DNA of 63,389 nucleotides, filler included, from Vannella sp. (GCA_023345925.1; 6 parts of 6 records of this genome joined end to end with filler, not necessarily neighbours in it); one strand, 5' to 3'. Positions 12,401 to 25,023 are shown, counted from the first letter of the whole stretch. The notes: generated from the sequence alone by a model not told the origin. Translations and numbers: made by a program.

Positions 12401-12564
12401 AGGGACCAAAGGCGGTCGCCCTGGGATTGTATGGAAAGGGAGAAGCTTCGCCCCTCCCTGAGATGAAGTTGACAGCAATCGTTCACTCTCCTCACTCGCT
12501 CCGACCACGTCAAGCAAGGGGAACTTTCGTGATGCACACCAAAGGAAGGAATGCCTAATACCAA
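9449..12564 (-). CDS. Large protein with 42-aa TPR array followed by a putative HEPN-like domain; 3'-truncated by contig end, extra 5' exon(s) likely up to ~12700
   Basis: Open frame >1000 aa; seven QGHFSEAMSLxERxLAIxEAVFG units; then LLDQ...SYFP...F...RMQTY...WWEVLYHVANDTKHVRLVPQ. Confidence 0.85.
11450..12285 (-). repeat. Coding tandem repeat, 126-bp unit, about 6.7 copies (kinesin-light-chain-type TPR)
   Basis: gaagtggccttg anchor recurs at 11512, 11638, 11764, 11890 (one mismatch), 12016, 12142 and 12268, exactly 126 bp apart. Confidence 0.97.
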
Positions 12565-12998
12565 TGAGCAGCGATCAGATTGAAAGAACGGGGAAGGGGA
12601 AGGACGTACTCTCTTCTTTCAGAAGCCGAATCAGTTCGTCAAGACCTTGATGAAGCTCACAGAGTTGTTGATGACATGACTCTGAGCAAAAATGATCACT
12701 TCTGCACATCAAGCACTCGCTTTTCCCTTCCACCCACTCCCCGCGCGCTTCTCTCCCACAGAGCTTCCTCTAGTTCATTCCCTCTTCCTTTCTTTTCTCT
12801 GCCTCCGTCTTCCTCTCAGTTCCTTCAATTGCACGAGAATCCGATTGCTCAGAAGGCTTCCGCTCGGACTCCATCCCTCGAGCACAAAGGGAGCAGCGAA
12901 TGAGCCAATGAGGAGGAGGTTGTCATTATCTCTAACTTGCCATTTCCCCATTTCCTCGTCTTCTTGATGTGGAAAATAAAGATTATTAAACGTGTCAT

Positions 12999-14792
12999 CT
13001 AATCGAATTCATTTTGAGGGGGTTGGAGAGTGGTTCTCAGTGATTGGGCGGGCGCACTGACCACCTTATGAGCAGTGGCCAAGGGGTGAGGCTTCGCTGG
13101 GCGTGATTTCCTTTCCGGCGTTCTCTTTAGGACTGGTTCTGGGGATAAGAGCTTTGGGGGACGAGAGAGCTCGGGATTGAGCCGCTTGGCTGACTCTAGA
13201 ATGACTCTGTGCCAACTCATAAAGATAAAGTACCCTCCCAGTACTATTAGTGACGTAGAGGATGCACACGTGATCCCAATCCAGAGTCCTTCGAGACCAA
13301 ATCCGCCCACCAAAGCCAGCGGAAGACCAACACTCATTCCCACAACATAGTAGGAGCCAATGTAAGTGATTGCACCAATCGTTTGCTTTCCAGCGCCTCG
13401 CAGAATACCTCCAATAGATGTTTGGAAGGCATCAATAAGGCAAAATCCGGCAATAAGTGGAACCACAGAAGAAACCAACTGAGTGACTTCCGGATCTGAA
13501 ATGAAGATGAGAGGCCACTTTTCGTCTGTTACGAGCATTAACGTTGCGAATAGGGACTGAGATAGAAGTGTCATGACAATGATAAGGAAAGAACTGCGCC
13601 GGGCGCGTTTGATATCTTCTGCACCAACTGCATTGCCCACCTTAGCGGCTGCTGCAATGGCAAATCCGAGGGGGATGGTGTAGAGGATATTCATCACGTT
13701 GAATAGAAGAGTCATTGCAGCCAGCTCATTCACTCCAAGTAAACCAGAGACAACTATGTTGATTTCAAAGGTCCACCATTCTGCGCATCGCATAGTCATC
13801 CCCGGGATAGCCAACTGGCACCACTGAACCATTCCCTTCAGATTAGAGAACGAAAGGGGAACCCACGTGGGCTCATGCAGGCGGAAGATCAAAATATAAA
13901 GCCACATAAACCCCGCGCACGCAACCGCAGCAAAAACCTGCGTTATTGGTATCGCAATAAATCTTTCTCCATATGTGAGTACCTTAGCCCCTCCTGTATC
14001 TGTCAGGCTTACCCAATCTTGAGCCAGAGCATTGTAATTGAGAGGAAAACGGTGGTGAAGATCACATTCAGGAATCCCGCCAGCATGGAAGGCACTACAA
14101 TGTTCTGGTTCTGCAAGTAGGATCGTTGCAGAGAGTATAGACTCGTTGGTATGAGAGCAAACCAGCATATTTGGATGTACAGAGAAGCGTATTCGACGAC
14201 TTGAGTGTCTTGGCCCAATAACAAAAGCACTTCCTTTGAGAACTGGACCCTCTCCTGTTACTAACGGGCGATGTTGAGGTATGGAGACCGCTTACGACCC
14301 ATAAAGGTGCTACGAGGAAGGCCACAATGATGAGGGCGAATGCTGATTGCTGGACTGCTTGCCCGACCTTCCCTAGCTGATGGGCACCGTATGCCTGAGC
14401 AGTAAGGGTATCCAAGGCAGATAGCAGACCCAAGCTGATGGTAAAGCCAGTCACATTGCAGAAGCTGGACCCCAACGCGGCTCCCGCCATCTCGACCGAT
14501 CCCAGATGTCCCACAAAGACCAGCTGTATGATGCTTACAAAGAAGTCGGAGCCGTACGTGAAGATGATAGGCACAACCATACTACTCACATGAGCAACAG
14601 ACCCCAATGCAGCCCCCAAACTCACCAAAGAATGCGAAAGATCTCCCTCACCAGGCCCACGTTCACCTCCTGCTTGTCCTCCATCTGCAAGGCCTTAAAG
14701 CTGAACTTGCTCGATGCATACGAAGGAACAGACATCGCACGAAGGTCTGGCTCCACAAACAAGGTCGGATAACGATCGCAAGAGCAATGCAT
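12999..14792 (-). CDS. MATE family efflux transporter, multi-exon
   Basis: FVGHLGSVEMAGAALG, GLLSALDTLTAQAYGA, CAEWWTFE, VGNAVGA, DAFQTSIGGILRGAGKQ; start codon uncertain. Confidence 0.93.
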
Positions 14793-14906
14793 CGACTCTT
14801 CGCCCTCCCCGACCCCACCAAATGGCCTTCCCTGGCGCCTCCCTGCCAGGGGGAGGGCGGGGGAGGTGGACAGGAGGTGTGGGAGTCATTATTTGGAGCC
14901 TAGGGG

Positions 14907-16533
14907 ATGAAGTGGGCGCTGTGGGTGGCGCTGGTGGCGTTGGGGGCGGTGATGGCGGCAGAGGTGAATATTAGCGCGTTGAATGTGACGGAGGCGCATG
15001 TGGAGAGTGCTGTGGACTTGAGCTTGATCAGTGGGGATCCTGGGAATGCTGGGAGAGTGTCGTACAGCGGGTATGTTCAAGTGGATCCTTCCCTGACGAA
15101 GAATCAGCCTGTGAACTACTTCTTCTGGTTCTTTGAGGCTTTGAGTAGTAGCAAAAGGTATGTGGCATGTTCCTTTGAGTTCCAAAGGCCTCGCTCACCT
15201 TCCGGAACAGTGGAACAGACATCCCCGTGGTCATTTGGTGTGAGTCTTCCCTTGGCAGGACCATTAGACGCTACTGGATGCTTACCTATAGTCTCTAGTA
15301 CAGGGAGGTCCGGGATGTAGCTCAATGTTGGCTCTCTTCTTGGAGAATGGACCATTCCGCATTGCCCCTGACCAAGATGTCCCTCGTTCGTCCCCCATCT
15401 GAGTGCGTTACCTTGCTGACAAGTGGCACAGTGAACCAGCAACTTGAAACCAACCCCTTTGCATGGACGAACGAGTTCCACATGATCTTCATGGACAATC
15501 CAGTGGGAGCCGGTTTCAGCTACGGAAGTCTCTCTGCCTACATCCGCAATGAGACTATGATGGCTACCTACTTAGAGAACGTTCTCTCTCAATTCATGAC
15601 CAAGTTCCCAGAGTACCAGACCAACCCCTTCTTCAGTAAGTCTCTTTGGAAGTGAGAAAAGTGACATTCCTCAACGTGACCTAGTCTTTGGGGAGAGCTA
15701 TGCTGGGAAGTATGTTCCGTCGCTGAGCTCGTACATTCAGAAGAAGAGTCCGCCGAGTATTGTCAACCTGAAAGGCTTTGGCATTGGGGATGGATATACG
15801 AACCCCTTTGTTCAAGTGGCCACGCATGCTGACATGGCATTCAATGCTGGTTTGGTGGATGAGATGCAAGCTCAGAAGATGCGCGGGCTCCAAACGCAAA
15901 CCCAGGCCTACATTCTCGAAGAACAGTGGGAGAAAGCCTACAATGCTCGCTCTGCTGTCTTCGATGTGATTGAAGAGAGCTCAGGGAATATCAATATCTA
16001 TGACTATCGCACGTATGTCCACTACGACTACTCCCCCATCATCGAGTATGTGAACCAAGAGAGTGTCAAGGAAGTCATCCATGTGGGCTCCCACGGCTTC
16101 TCAGAGATGTGCAGCCATCAAGTCTCAAGCTTCCTTACTGCTGACAGTATGAGGTCAGTAGCTGACGTCATCCCTGACCTCTTGGATCAATATCCCGCCC
16201 TTTTCTACCAAGGTCAATTCGACGCTCGGGACGGAGTTGCGATGGTCGAGGCGATGATCCGAGCCCTCAAATGGAGTGGTACGAAGGATTCTGTCGAGTG
16301 TGTCCTTCTTTGGCTGACATCTAAGGGCTTTGGGAACAGGAATCCCCAAGTATCTGACTGCGCCTCGTTATGTCTGGACTGTCAACAATACCGTGGCTGG
16401 GATGGCTAGAAGTTACGGTAACCTGAATCAGTGCGTTGTGGCTGGAGCAGGGCACTTGGTCCCGATGGATCAGCCCGAGAATTCCTTGGAAATGGCGCGC
16501 CGCTTCATTTACCAGCTACCCTGGAGCTCCTAA
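14907..16533 (+). CDS. Secreted serine carboxypeptidase (peptidase S10), multi-exon
   Basis: Signal peptide MKWALWVALVAL, YSGYV, FFWFFE, DNPVGAGFSY, GESYAGKYVP, IGDG, GQFD, AGHLVPMDQP. Confidence 0.95.
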
Positions 16534-16580
16534 GGCTAGGAGACCAATACATTACTTGACATATGATAGATTCATCTGCT

Positions 16581-17794
16581 TTAGATCTGCTCAGATGGCT
16601 CTGCCTCTTTGGTAGAATGACTTGCAGGAATAGCACCTGAAGGAGGGTCGATCTTGCGAGCAAATAGCAGGTAGCTTGTGTGTCCTTTGATCTCTACAGA
16701 TGGTCTGGAGGCTAGTCCACGCTCAGGAATCTCCACTTCCTCCCAACGCTTCATATTCGAAGTGAACCGCCCGCTTTGAGGTCGAGAGGTTGTTTGTGGG
16801 TCTTGGGAAGCTTCTGGAACTATTCGTTTCCCAAGGAGTAAGCTTCCTGTTGAAGAAGGAGTCGATTCCGTTGGTTCTGCTCCCTCAGGATGGAGAATCT
16901 TGTCACTCTTCCGCTTCTGATCGAGATCGAGCTCCAAATACTCCCTTCTACTGACCTCGATCGGGCGAACTAAGCACTCCACAACACGGATATCTAAGCT
17001 CTTTCTTCAGTGCCTAGAAGACTGATCACAGAAGTGCCGTACCTTCGAATCCAACCTCTCGAAGCCGATCACAGGTTCGTTGAATCTGTTCAATACAGGG
17101 AGAGAACGAGCAGAAGTTGCCCACAGCGTTCAAGCAGCGATGAGCCTCTTCAACTACGTTCCAAGGAGCCGGTAGATCCAAGAATACAGCGTCAGCAGAC
17201 CCGTCAGGGACGTCAAAGCCGTTGGTGATCACATCCCGGCAGTGAGAGTGTATCACAGTGTCTAAACCGAGCAGTTTGAAGTTCTTCTGAGTGGCTTCCA
17301 TGCGGTCCTGGTGGAACTCGAAGGTGTCCAAGCGGCCAGTAGGATACAAACAACGCGCAAAGCCCAGAGAGAGCGATCCTGACCCCGTTCCAGACTCCAG
17401 CACACGTTTCCCTGGACACAGTTCGAGGTGGAAGCAGATCTGAGCGATATCGAGGGGGTAGATGATCTGCGTGTGGTGCTCAAGAGGCCCTTCGCACCAC
17501 AAGTCGGGGTAGTTCGGTCGTAGAAGGTAGCAGAAGCCTCTTCCTTGCTCTCCTGATTTGGTTTTCGTTATAATCATGGACCCATACGCCCTCCCTACCA
17601 TCCCAAAGGTAAGCGCAACCGCAAAAGGACGTCTTCTCCTGCCTACCGATGAGATCGTCATGCCGAAACGCTCCAAAGCGATGACAATAAGTGCCTCCCT
17701 TCTCCAACAGAACCTGAGTGACGCGCCCAGCCCCAGCGTGGAGCACAACCGTGTCCCCCTCCCGAGCCACGTCCTTGTCTTGATGCGCGAACAT
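16581..17794 (-). CDS. TRM61: tRNA m1A58 methyltransferase catalytic subunit
   Basis: HHTQIIYPLDI, VLESGTGSGSLS, TFEFH, DAVFLDLPAPW, SFSPCIEQ, GHTSYLLFARK; ATG 17794, two introns. Confidence 0.95.
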
Positions 17795-18059
17795 GATAAA
17801 AAGACTCTTTTCCTTCCCCTTTGACTCCAGATCAAGGTATACACAAGGTGGCATCCTTGGGAGTGGACGAAAGGAGGAATCTTGGTGGTTGAGTGGAGTT
17901 GCGACGTCCTTGTGGGACTTTGAGGTCAAAAACTTGGTTTGTATATGTAGCTAGCGGCTCCATAGGCTCCAGTGAACGGAGGTGTCGATGCCACGGACCA
18001 GGGGGAGAGGGTGGGAGGCGGAAGTGGGTTGGAAAGCGAAGAGGAAGCGTTCTTTGTCG

Positions 18060-18159
18060 NNNNNNNNNNNNNNNNNNNNNNNNNNNNNNNNNNNNNNNNN
18101 NNNTTAATTAATTAANNNNNNNNNNNNNNNNNNNNNNNNNNNNNNNNNNNNNNNNNNNN
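18060..18159. other. Artificial contig linker
   Basis: N44-TTAATTAATTAA-N44. Confidence 0.98.
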
Positions 18160-18397
18160 CAACTTTGCCCTCCTCCTTGGTGGCGGGAAGAACGGCGGTG
18201 GGCCCTGTGAGTCGGGAAGCGTCGCTTACATCACTGGATCATCCAACGGCGATCTCATCCTGTCCCTTTGCATGGTGGGAGCTGCCATCCTTTGTGTAGT
18301 CTGCATCTCTGCCATCACCAGCATCCATCCCAAACTGCGCGGCTCCAAAAGGCCTTCAAGAGTCTCCGATAAGGTAACTGTGATATACTATAAGTAA
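18160..18397 (+). CDS. 3' end of a single-pass membrane protein with probable GPS/GAIN motif (5' part missing)
   Basis: Reads NFALLLGGG..CESGS..YITGS.NGDLILSLCMVGAAILCVVCISAI..KLRGSKR..*; NFALLL matches the post-cleavage GPS strand, followed by one hydrophobic helix. Confidence 0.55.
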
Positions 18398-18437
18398 TGG
18401 ACTTATCCCAATAAACTGTTAATCATTATTCTGTCTG

Positions 18438-18921
18438 ATGGCCGATGTCGGAGTCACGACGAGGGACAAGCGACGGCGAGCAAGGACTTCAAGCACTTCC
18501 AGCATGAAGCTGCAAAACCCGCGGTTTGTTGCACCCCTATTGATGCAAACTTCCGCAATCAACCTTCCAAATGTGCGTAAGGAGTCGGTTTCGAAGGAAG
18601 GAGCAACAGATGAACTCAAAGAGTTGGTTGCACGCTCAAACGGCCTTGTCGGCTTCTCAGAGTTGGTAAGGAGCGATCTGCAAACAAGTGGGGATCCTTA
18701 TCCTCGCACAGCCCACTACAGAAGCACAAGTGCACAAAAGAAAGCGATCACACTCAAAAAAGGTGGTCGACGACGTGCCAGAAGGATTGTCTTTGGAAGA
18801 GGAGAACGCCTTTCTGAGAAAGCAGCTTGCATCCGCTGTGAAGCAGCTTCGCGCTCAGGAACGAGCTTTCCAGTCGATCTTGGAGTTAGCCACCCCAATG
18901 ATTGCTTCAGCCGAAGACTAA
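18438..18921 (+). CDS. Hypothetical basic/coiled-coil protein, two exons
   Basis: ATG 18438; intron gtaagg..cacag joins to KRKRSHSKK..LEEENAFLRKQLASAVKQLRAQE. Confidence 0.55.
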
Positions 18922-18960
18922 ACCGCGTTTGCTTGATCCCTTTATTTGGGGGAAAACCGC

Positions 18961-19324
18961 TTAGTTCTTCTTTCGGAAAGAGCTTCCAGCGGTCAGGCGA
19001 GCCTTACCACCGGTAGGAGTGCACAACACGGTGCTGCATGGGGCGCACACAACCACGGTCTGAGCCTGTTGATTGTTAGACAAGCCACGAGCGAAGAGTA
19101 AACAAAAATGGCCTTACGTGAGAGAAGACGGTGGTGATCTGGAAGCAAGAGGGGCACTTGACGTCCATGAAGAAACTGTCTGGGCTCTGAACGAGTCTCT
19201 TAAGTTTGTGCTTTCTGGCCTCAACATCGGCGTAAGGGTGGAGGATGTCGTGTTCAAGCTAAACCCATCCATATAACATCAGAAACAAAGCCTCTGACAA
19301 GGCTGAAGCTCCACGTACAACCAT
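18961..19324 (-). CDS. RPS27: 40S ribosomal protein S27 (eS27); three exons, absent from the ORF track
   Basis: Exons 19324-19319, 19258-19118 and 19065-18961 give [83 protein letters not shown]. Confidence 0.97.
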
Positions 19325-19367
19325 GAAGAGCGCGAGAAAAAAAGGAGCGAAACTTTCGTTCGGACCT

Positions 19368-19405
19368 CCTGATTGGCAAACCCGAAAATTAACTCATGAA
19401 TTAAT
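19368..19405 (-). promoter_or_regulatory. Putative RPS27 promoter: CCAAT box plus CTCATGAATTAA motif
   Basis: ctgattggc and ctcatgaattaa lie 45-80 bp upstream of the ATG; the same pair occurs upstream of the RasGEF. Confidence 0.45.
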
Positions 19406-19451
19406 GCCTACCCTAAAAGAACAGGTAATCGATTATTATCGATGAATAAAT

Positions 19452-22400
19452 TTACTTGGGTTCCAGTTCGAGAGACAGGGCGAAGAGCTCATCCTCTGTC
19501 TTCCCTGTTGTTCGGGCAACGAGGGAGAGTAACTGATTGTCGAGAGTGAGATTGTAAGAGACTTGTTGGTATTGTTGGAACTCTTCGATTACCCGATAGA
19601 TCAGCTCTCGCTTGCGGAAGTTGATCAAACCTTCCACGTTGTTGGGGTTGCCGTCGTTGATGAAGGTGAGATCAGTGAGATAAACACCAATGTATGGTAC
19701 GAGTGGAGGGCTGACAGAGTGAAGAGCTTCTCTGTACGATTTGTTTGCACTTTCGCTGGACATGAGAGCCTGCAGCTTCTTGAAAGTCTCCGTGTAAGAA
19801 GGTGGAATACCTTCACGGGTGGACTTCATGCGATGAACAGCGGTATTGGTGATCCCTCCAATGAGAGAGAGAAGGCCACTGAAGTTGTTCATCTTGTGGA
19901 GGCACGACGCCACGTCGATGAACTTCATCAGGGCTGCCTGGCGATCAGCAAGCAGAGGATGGTTGATGATCATCAATGATGACCAACTGGAGACAGCATT
20001 GAACCGCTCAATCATCCTCGTAAGATTAGGAGATCGCATGTTCGACTTGAGATGCTCAATCAACTCGATCGGCTGAATAGACCCGTAAAGAGTCGCATCA
20101 ATGTAAGTGAGATGGTCTGCAATGCTTTGTGGAGATATGGAGTTGAAGTAGGAGGGCGAGAGAGTCTCTGGGAGGATCCCTGCGGTGGTTCTCCTTCTGG
20201 AAAGCGCCACTTTCTTCTGCTGAGAGATCTTCCGCTTGATGAACTCATTCAGAGCATCTGCAAACTTGCTGTGGCCATCCTTGCGCAGTCGAGTGTCGAT
20301 GAAGTTGTTGACTTTCTTCATCAATTGATAGTCCAGGTCCGGGAATCTCATGTCCAACCACAGCCGAATGACGTTGTACACACGCACTTGGATGGGTAAG
20401 ACAATGTTACGCTTCCACTCCCCATCAGGGATGTCGGACTGTTGGTCCCTGGGGACATCGTAGCGTTCCTCAAGCTTCTGGAAGAAGCGGTCCGTTGTTG
20501 TGAAGGACTGGAAAGTGGTGATGAAGGTCTTAAGGAAGTTCAAATCGTGGCGCTTCTCGTCTGTCAAGCGCATGATCAGCTGGTTCAGAGTCCCTGCTCG
20601 GACATGAAGAGAGTTCTCGTTCTCAGATTCGGTGGAGAAGATGACCGTTTTGTTGTTCCCACTGGTCACAAGTGACTCTTTCCAGATGTTTGTATCGTCT
20701 TGGTCGTTCATGAGACGTTCCTGCTGAGGCTGCGATCGAACCAGGCTGCCGATCAGTTGGGAGAGTTGAGTTTGGACATTGCAGGAGGCGTTAAGGAGGC
20801 TAGGTGACTCTCCCCGACTGTCAGATGTCTCAGTGAGACCGTGAAAAGACTTTGCGAATCGCTGGTGCTCTTCCACCTTTTGTGTGATCTTCTCCTCTTG
20901 CAATAGGAGTGTACTCTCCGCTTTGTATAGATCTCTCAGCTCTTCTAGTGCTTCCTGCTGCTCTTGCGTCAACTCTATCGCAAGCTGGGAAGACGCTTTC
21001 GAGGCAGCCACGGAGGACTTCTCAATGAGCTCGATGTGCTGCTTCGTGCGAGATATGGTCTGCTCTTGAAGCTTCTTGGTCTTCTCTTGTGCCAGTTCAA
21101 GCTTTTGGCCAATGATAAAGCGGTTACACTCCCTCTGAATCCGCTCTTCGGTTGCTCGAGGTTTGGAAGCTCGTTCTGCCGCCTTCAGGTTGCTAGAGGA
21201 GTTCGATATGAGAGAGCTCTGAGTGTTGGAAAGGCGTTTGGAGGTAGGAGGTCGAGGAGAGCTACCCGAACTGGTGAGGCCTTCGCGCTTCTTTCGCGCT
21301 CTCCCGGCCTTTTCCTTCTCTTTCTCCTTCTTCATGTGCGCAACTGATTGCTTGGCCATATCCTTGAGTGACTTCTTACTACTCTGCGATCCGATAGAGG
21401 CTCGATTCAAAGGAGCAGACCGCTGGCTGGGAGCCGATCTATCCAAACGTTGGGTCTCTTCTTCAAGGAACTCCCTGAAGGAGTTGATTCCCTCTTCCTG
21501 CTGCTTCAGGTATTCAAGCTCTTCTTGCATCCAGCGGTCCTTTCGTTGGTGGCGAGCAACTTCTTTGTCCAAGATGGACTCGGCCCTCTCCTTAAGCTGG
21601 TGAATGCGCATCTGTTTGACTCTGATTCGCGATTGAGCGATAGTAGCCAACTCTCTCAGCGACTGAACTCGCTCCTGGAGCTCCAGAGAACGGTATTCGA
21701 TCATCCTTAAGCGAGTCTCGTCATCCCCTATCACGAAGAGAGTGCTGTACTTGAGGGCATTCGGAGCTTCCTCAAGTACTTGAGTAGTGGGAGCGGTTAA
21801 CATGACTGGAGAAGGGTCATCTTCCTCCAATAGAAGCGCTCTCTGACTTTTGGTGAGCGAGGACGCCTCTTCAGGAGGAAAGGACTCACCAGTTCACAAG
21901 CCAGCAATGCAGAGGAAGACCGAACAGAAGAAGCAAGTCCTAAGAGGTTCTGCTTCTCGTCAAAATCATCAGCCAGGTCAAAAAAGGTCCGAACGCTTGA
22001 GGTGAGATCGGAAGCGAGAAGACAAAGCTCATCGCATTGCTCCAGAGCATTCTTCGAGTCCTGTTTGAACTTCAAATGGTGTACGAGCTCCTCATCCTGG
22101 CCGAGAGTGAGAAAGTGGGTCGAATGGAGTCCTAAAAAGCGTTGTTTGCGCAAGGCAACCCCTTGGACAAGTCCAGAGGTCTTCTGGACTGCAGAGATGA
22201 AGGCCTTGGCTCTAACAAGCACGATTTGTATCATCTCTTCAAAGGTTCTCGACTCTGGGTCCTTCTTCCTCGCTTTACCGTTTGTGATGTGACCGGAGTG
22301 AAGTGCAGTGAGCTGAGCCCGGCTCTCTTGAAGTAAAAAGATGATGTAAGTCGATAGATCCATGCTTACCTCAGCGAGGAGGTCACTCTGCGATACAGGG

Positions 22401-22696
22401 CACTCGTTTGGAGTGAGGAGGTGGTGAATCAGTTGCTTCACCACCATCCGTACTCCACGAGCTTTCGCACGAAACTGGTCCGTTTCACTGGAAGGCTGTT
22501 TGGTGGCAAAGTTCTGGCAAACAATCACGAGATAGTGGGAGGCCTGGAAGAGCTGCTCACAAGCGTGCTGTTGTTGTTCCCCACTACCACCTCTTTGAAG
22601 CGCGAGCACCACATAGTACTTGACCAACCGTGTGCGAAGAGACACAAGTTCCAGGTATCGCCCCTCCTGCTCTGGGGACAGCCGCGCGCGCTGCAT
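19452..22696 (-). CDS. Ras guanine nucleotide exchange factor (helical N-terminus, coiled coil, REM, CDC25)
   Basis: VRAGTLNQLIMRLT, FLKTFITTFQSF, RVYNVIRLW, IERFNAVSSW, MNNFSGL, PPLVPYIGVYLTDLTFINDGNP, LINFRKR. Confidence 0.93.
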
Positions 22697-22760
22697 CAAG
22701 CGGCCGCTTCAATAATAATGACGACCCGCCAAATCAACCCCAAAAAATAGAAAAAGCTTT

Positions 22761-22788
22761 TTTAATTCATGAGCTGCTGATTGGACAA
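22761..22788 (-). promoter_or_regulatory. Putative RasGEF promoter: CCAAT box plus CTCATGAATTAA motif
   Basis: ttaattcatgagctgctgattggac 65-90 bp upstream of the ATG. Confidence 0.4.
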
Positions 22789-23015
22789 TTAGTGGGACAA
22801 TTGGGATTCGACCTTGAGCCTGAGTGGGGGTGTGGCTCTCTCATCGGAGTGCGACACTCTCTGAGGCCCATTGGGAGTGAGAGAGATCTGTTCTTTGGAG
22901 GAGGTGTCTAATGAAGTGGGGTCCGGTTTGTGGAGTTGGCCGGCAAGGGCACCATACTTTATAACAGGCTTTGGAGCGAGCGATCCAAAAAGCGTGAGGT
23001 ATCTTACAATGGGGA

Positions 23016-24841
23016 TTAGACATCAATAGATGTCTCTGTCTGAGGATAAAAGTCCCAGATAGAGAGATTGGTAGGGTCAAAGGAGAGTTCTGGGGAGGAA
23101 GGAGCATAATGGGGATGGAGATATTCAGAATGGTGATGTAAAAGATAAGCCCAAAGAGAATGGGCTGAACCGTTCAGGCGTTGCATGATGCTTCGCCTCT
23201 CTTGCTCACAATTATACAGGAAAGTACTAAACTGTCCTGAGTGAGAGTGAATCACTAGTTGTTGAAGAAAGAGGTCGTTAAATTCGAATAGGTGCGGATG
23301 TTCAGCTCTGAGATGATGAACACACTCAAGGAATTGAAGAAATATTGGCGAACGCTCTTGCAGCTTGACGTCACTGGCCACACTTGTCCGGCATCGGTCC
23401 GCAAACTTGTGTCCATAACTCAGCCATTCTTTCTCTATCAGAACAATAAACCCTTCCAGTGATCGATAATAAGGGTCTAGGAGTATCTGAACTAGACTAA
23501 TAAGCTGTGTTGTTCGGTCCCAGCCATCACTGCAGTGAATAAGGGCTGAGAATCCCAACCGAACCTTCTCTGCCACCTGGTTGGCGCCGAGGAAGATGTC
23601 AGAAAGGTGACTAAACCACTCTGTGCCACTTAATGCTGCTGAGGAAGCTTCAGAATCACTGAATTCAGTGTGACAGAACTGCCTCATCTTTTGGAAGCTC
23701 TCTCGCATAACGTGGATGTTTGCAATGCCAAGGAAACGCACTTGGCAGTTGATATACTCACTTGAGGACTCAAACCCTGCCCCAACCATAGTGTTGGCCA
23801 CTGCATTGACGCGTGGCCGAGGGTCAAAGATGATCATTGGAGGCGGTCCATCCATATCAAAGTCAGCCAAACTTGCCACAGGCTCAGGAAGGCAAGCTTC
23901 TGGATGTGAGGAAACAGAGGCAACCTGCAGGGACTGAATCAAGAACTTGTCAGAGTCACAGGAGTTGCCCACGATGCCAATGAGTGGTTGGCTGCTCCGA
24001 CAAAGCGCAGCACCGTTATTTGGATGCCTCCAGCTGCAGATGGGGATACGCCCTTTGGTTCTGAACTTGGAAGAGGCAAAGAGTGTTTCATCTGTGACAA
24101 TAGAGGGGACGAGAAGCTTCCTGGGGTACGAGCTACACAGCTCATACAAGGAATTCGCTGTGCTTACCCTCCAGGGACCAGAGTTCTTCCATATACCCAA
24201 TCGGGAGTATTCCTTGATAGGATGGTATGCGTAGTAAAGCTTGTTGACCATGTTCATGCCCTCTGAGAACTGGTTGGCGAAGATCCTCGTGGAAGGAGGG
24301 ATGCTCCCCTGTAACCAAGCAAGCACGCGTCCCCGAGCGCTCGTGTGTGGCACGAAAGAGAATCTTAATAGTCTCATATCCTTGCATTCTATCTCTAAGC
24401 AGAAGCCATGCTCTCCCTTGGAGAAGAACAGCGAGGAGAAGATGTCCCCGACCTTATTGACACGGTCGATACTCATAAGCGGCATTTCGATGAAGGAGTC
24501 TCCATTCTACATAGTATGGTCAGTGTGACATTGATGGTGAGACAAAGAACGCACGTAAAAGACCTCTTTGTCAAAGGAGGTGAATCGAAGCTGGTAGTTC
24601 GTCCCAAGTAGGCATCCATGCGAGATACCCATCCCATTCTGAACAAAGATGACATCGTGTACCTCAAGTTCAAGATCCTCCCCTGGCAGTAACCACTCGT
24701 TCTTAGGATTGGGAAGAGGAGAACACTTTGGCTCCACAATGCCCTAACTCCATTGTTACACTCCGAGTATTGCAAACACGACATTCCATCTACCTTCAAC
24801 AAGGAGTATCCCACAGGATCCGAGGCCACAACGTCCTGCAT
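23016..24841 (-). CDS. Myotubularin phosphoinositide 3-phosphatase with N-terminal PH-GRAM
   Basis: LLPGE..GTNYQLRF GRAM exon, YELCSSYP, FRTKGRIP, RSSQPL, intact HCSDGWDRT, LIEKEWLSYGHKF, SPIFLQFL; start uncertain. Confidence 0.94.
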
Positions 24842-25023
24842 CCACGAGGACGAAAAAATGGGCTAACTTACTAGAACCAGCCATGGCGTGGTTGTTAAAG
24901 AGACGACACATAAATACAAGAGACAATTTGATTATAACTTCATTTGTTGGGAAGATGACCATTTCAAGGATCTCCAAATGCGGAGGACAGTTCCCTGCCA
25001 TTTCTTGTTGGCGTTGATCTTTG

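Noticed and set aside
7888..12564. DNA ligase and TPR-HEPN protein as a linked toxin/repair module
   Set aside because: They are on different contigs separated by a linker; the adjacency is artificial
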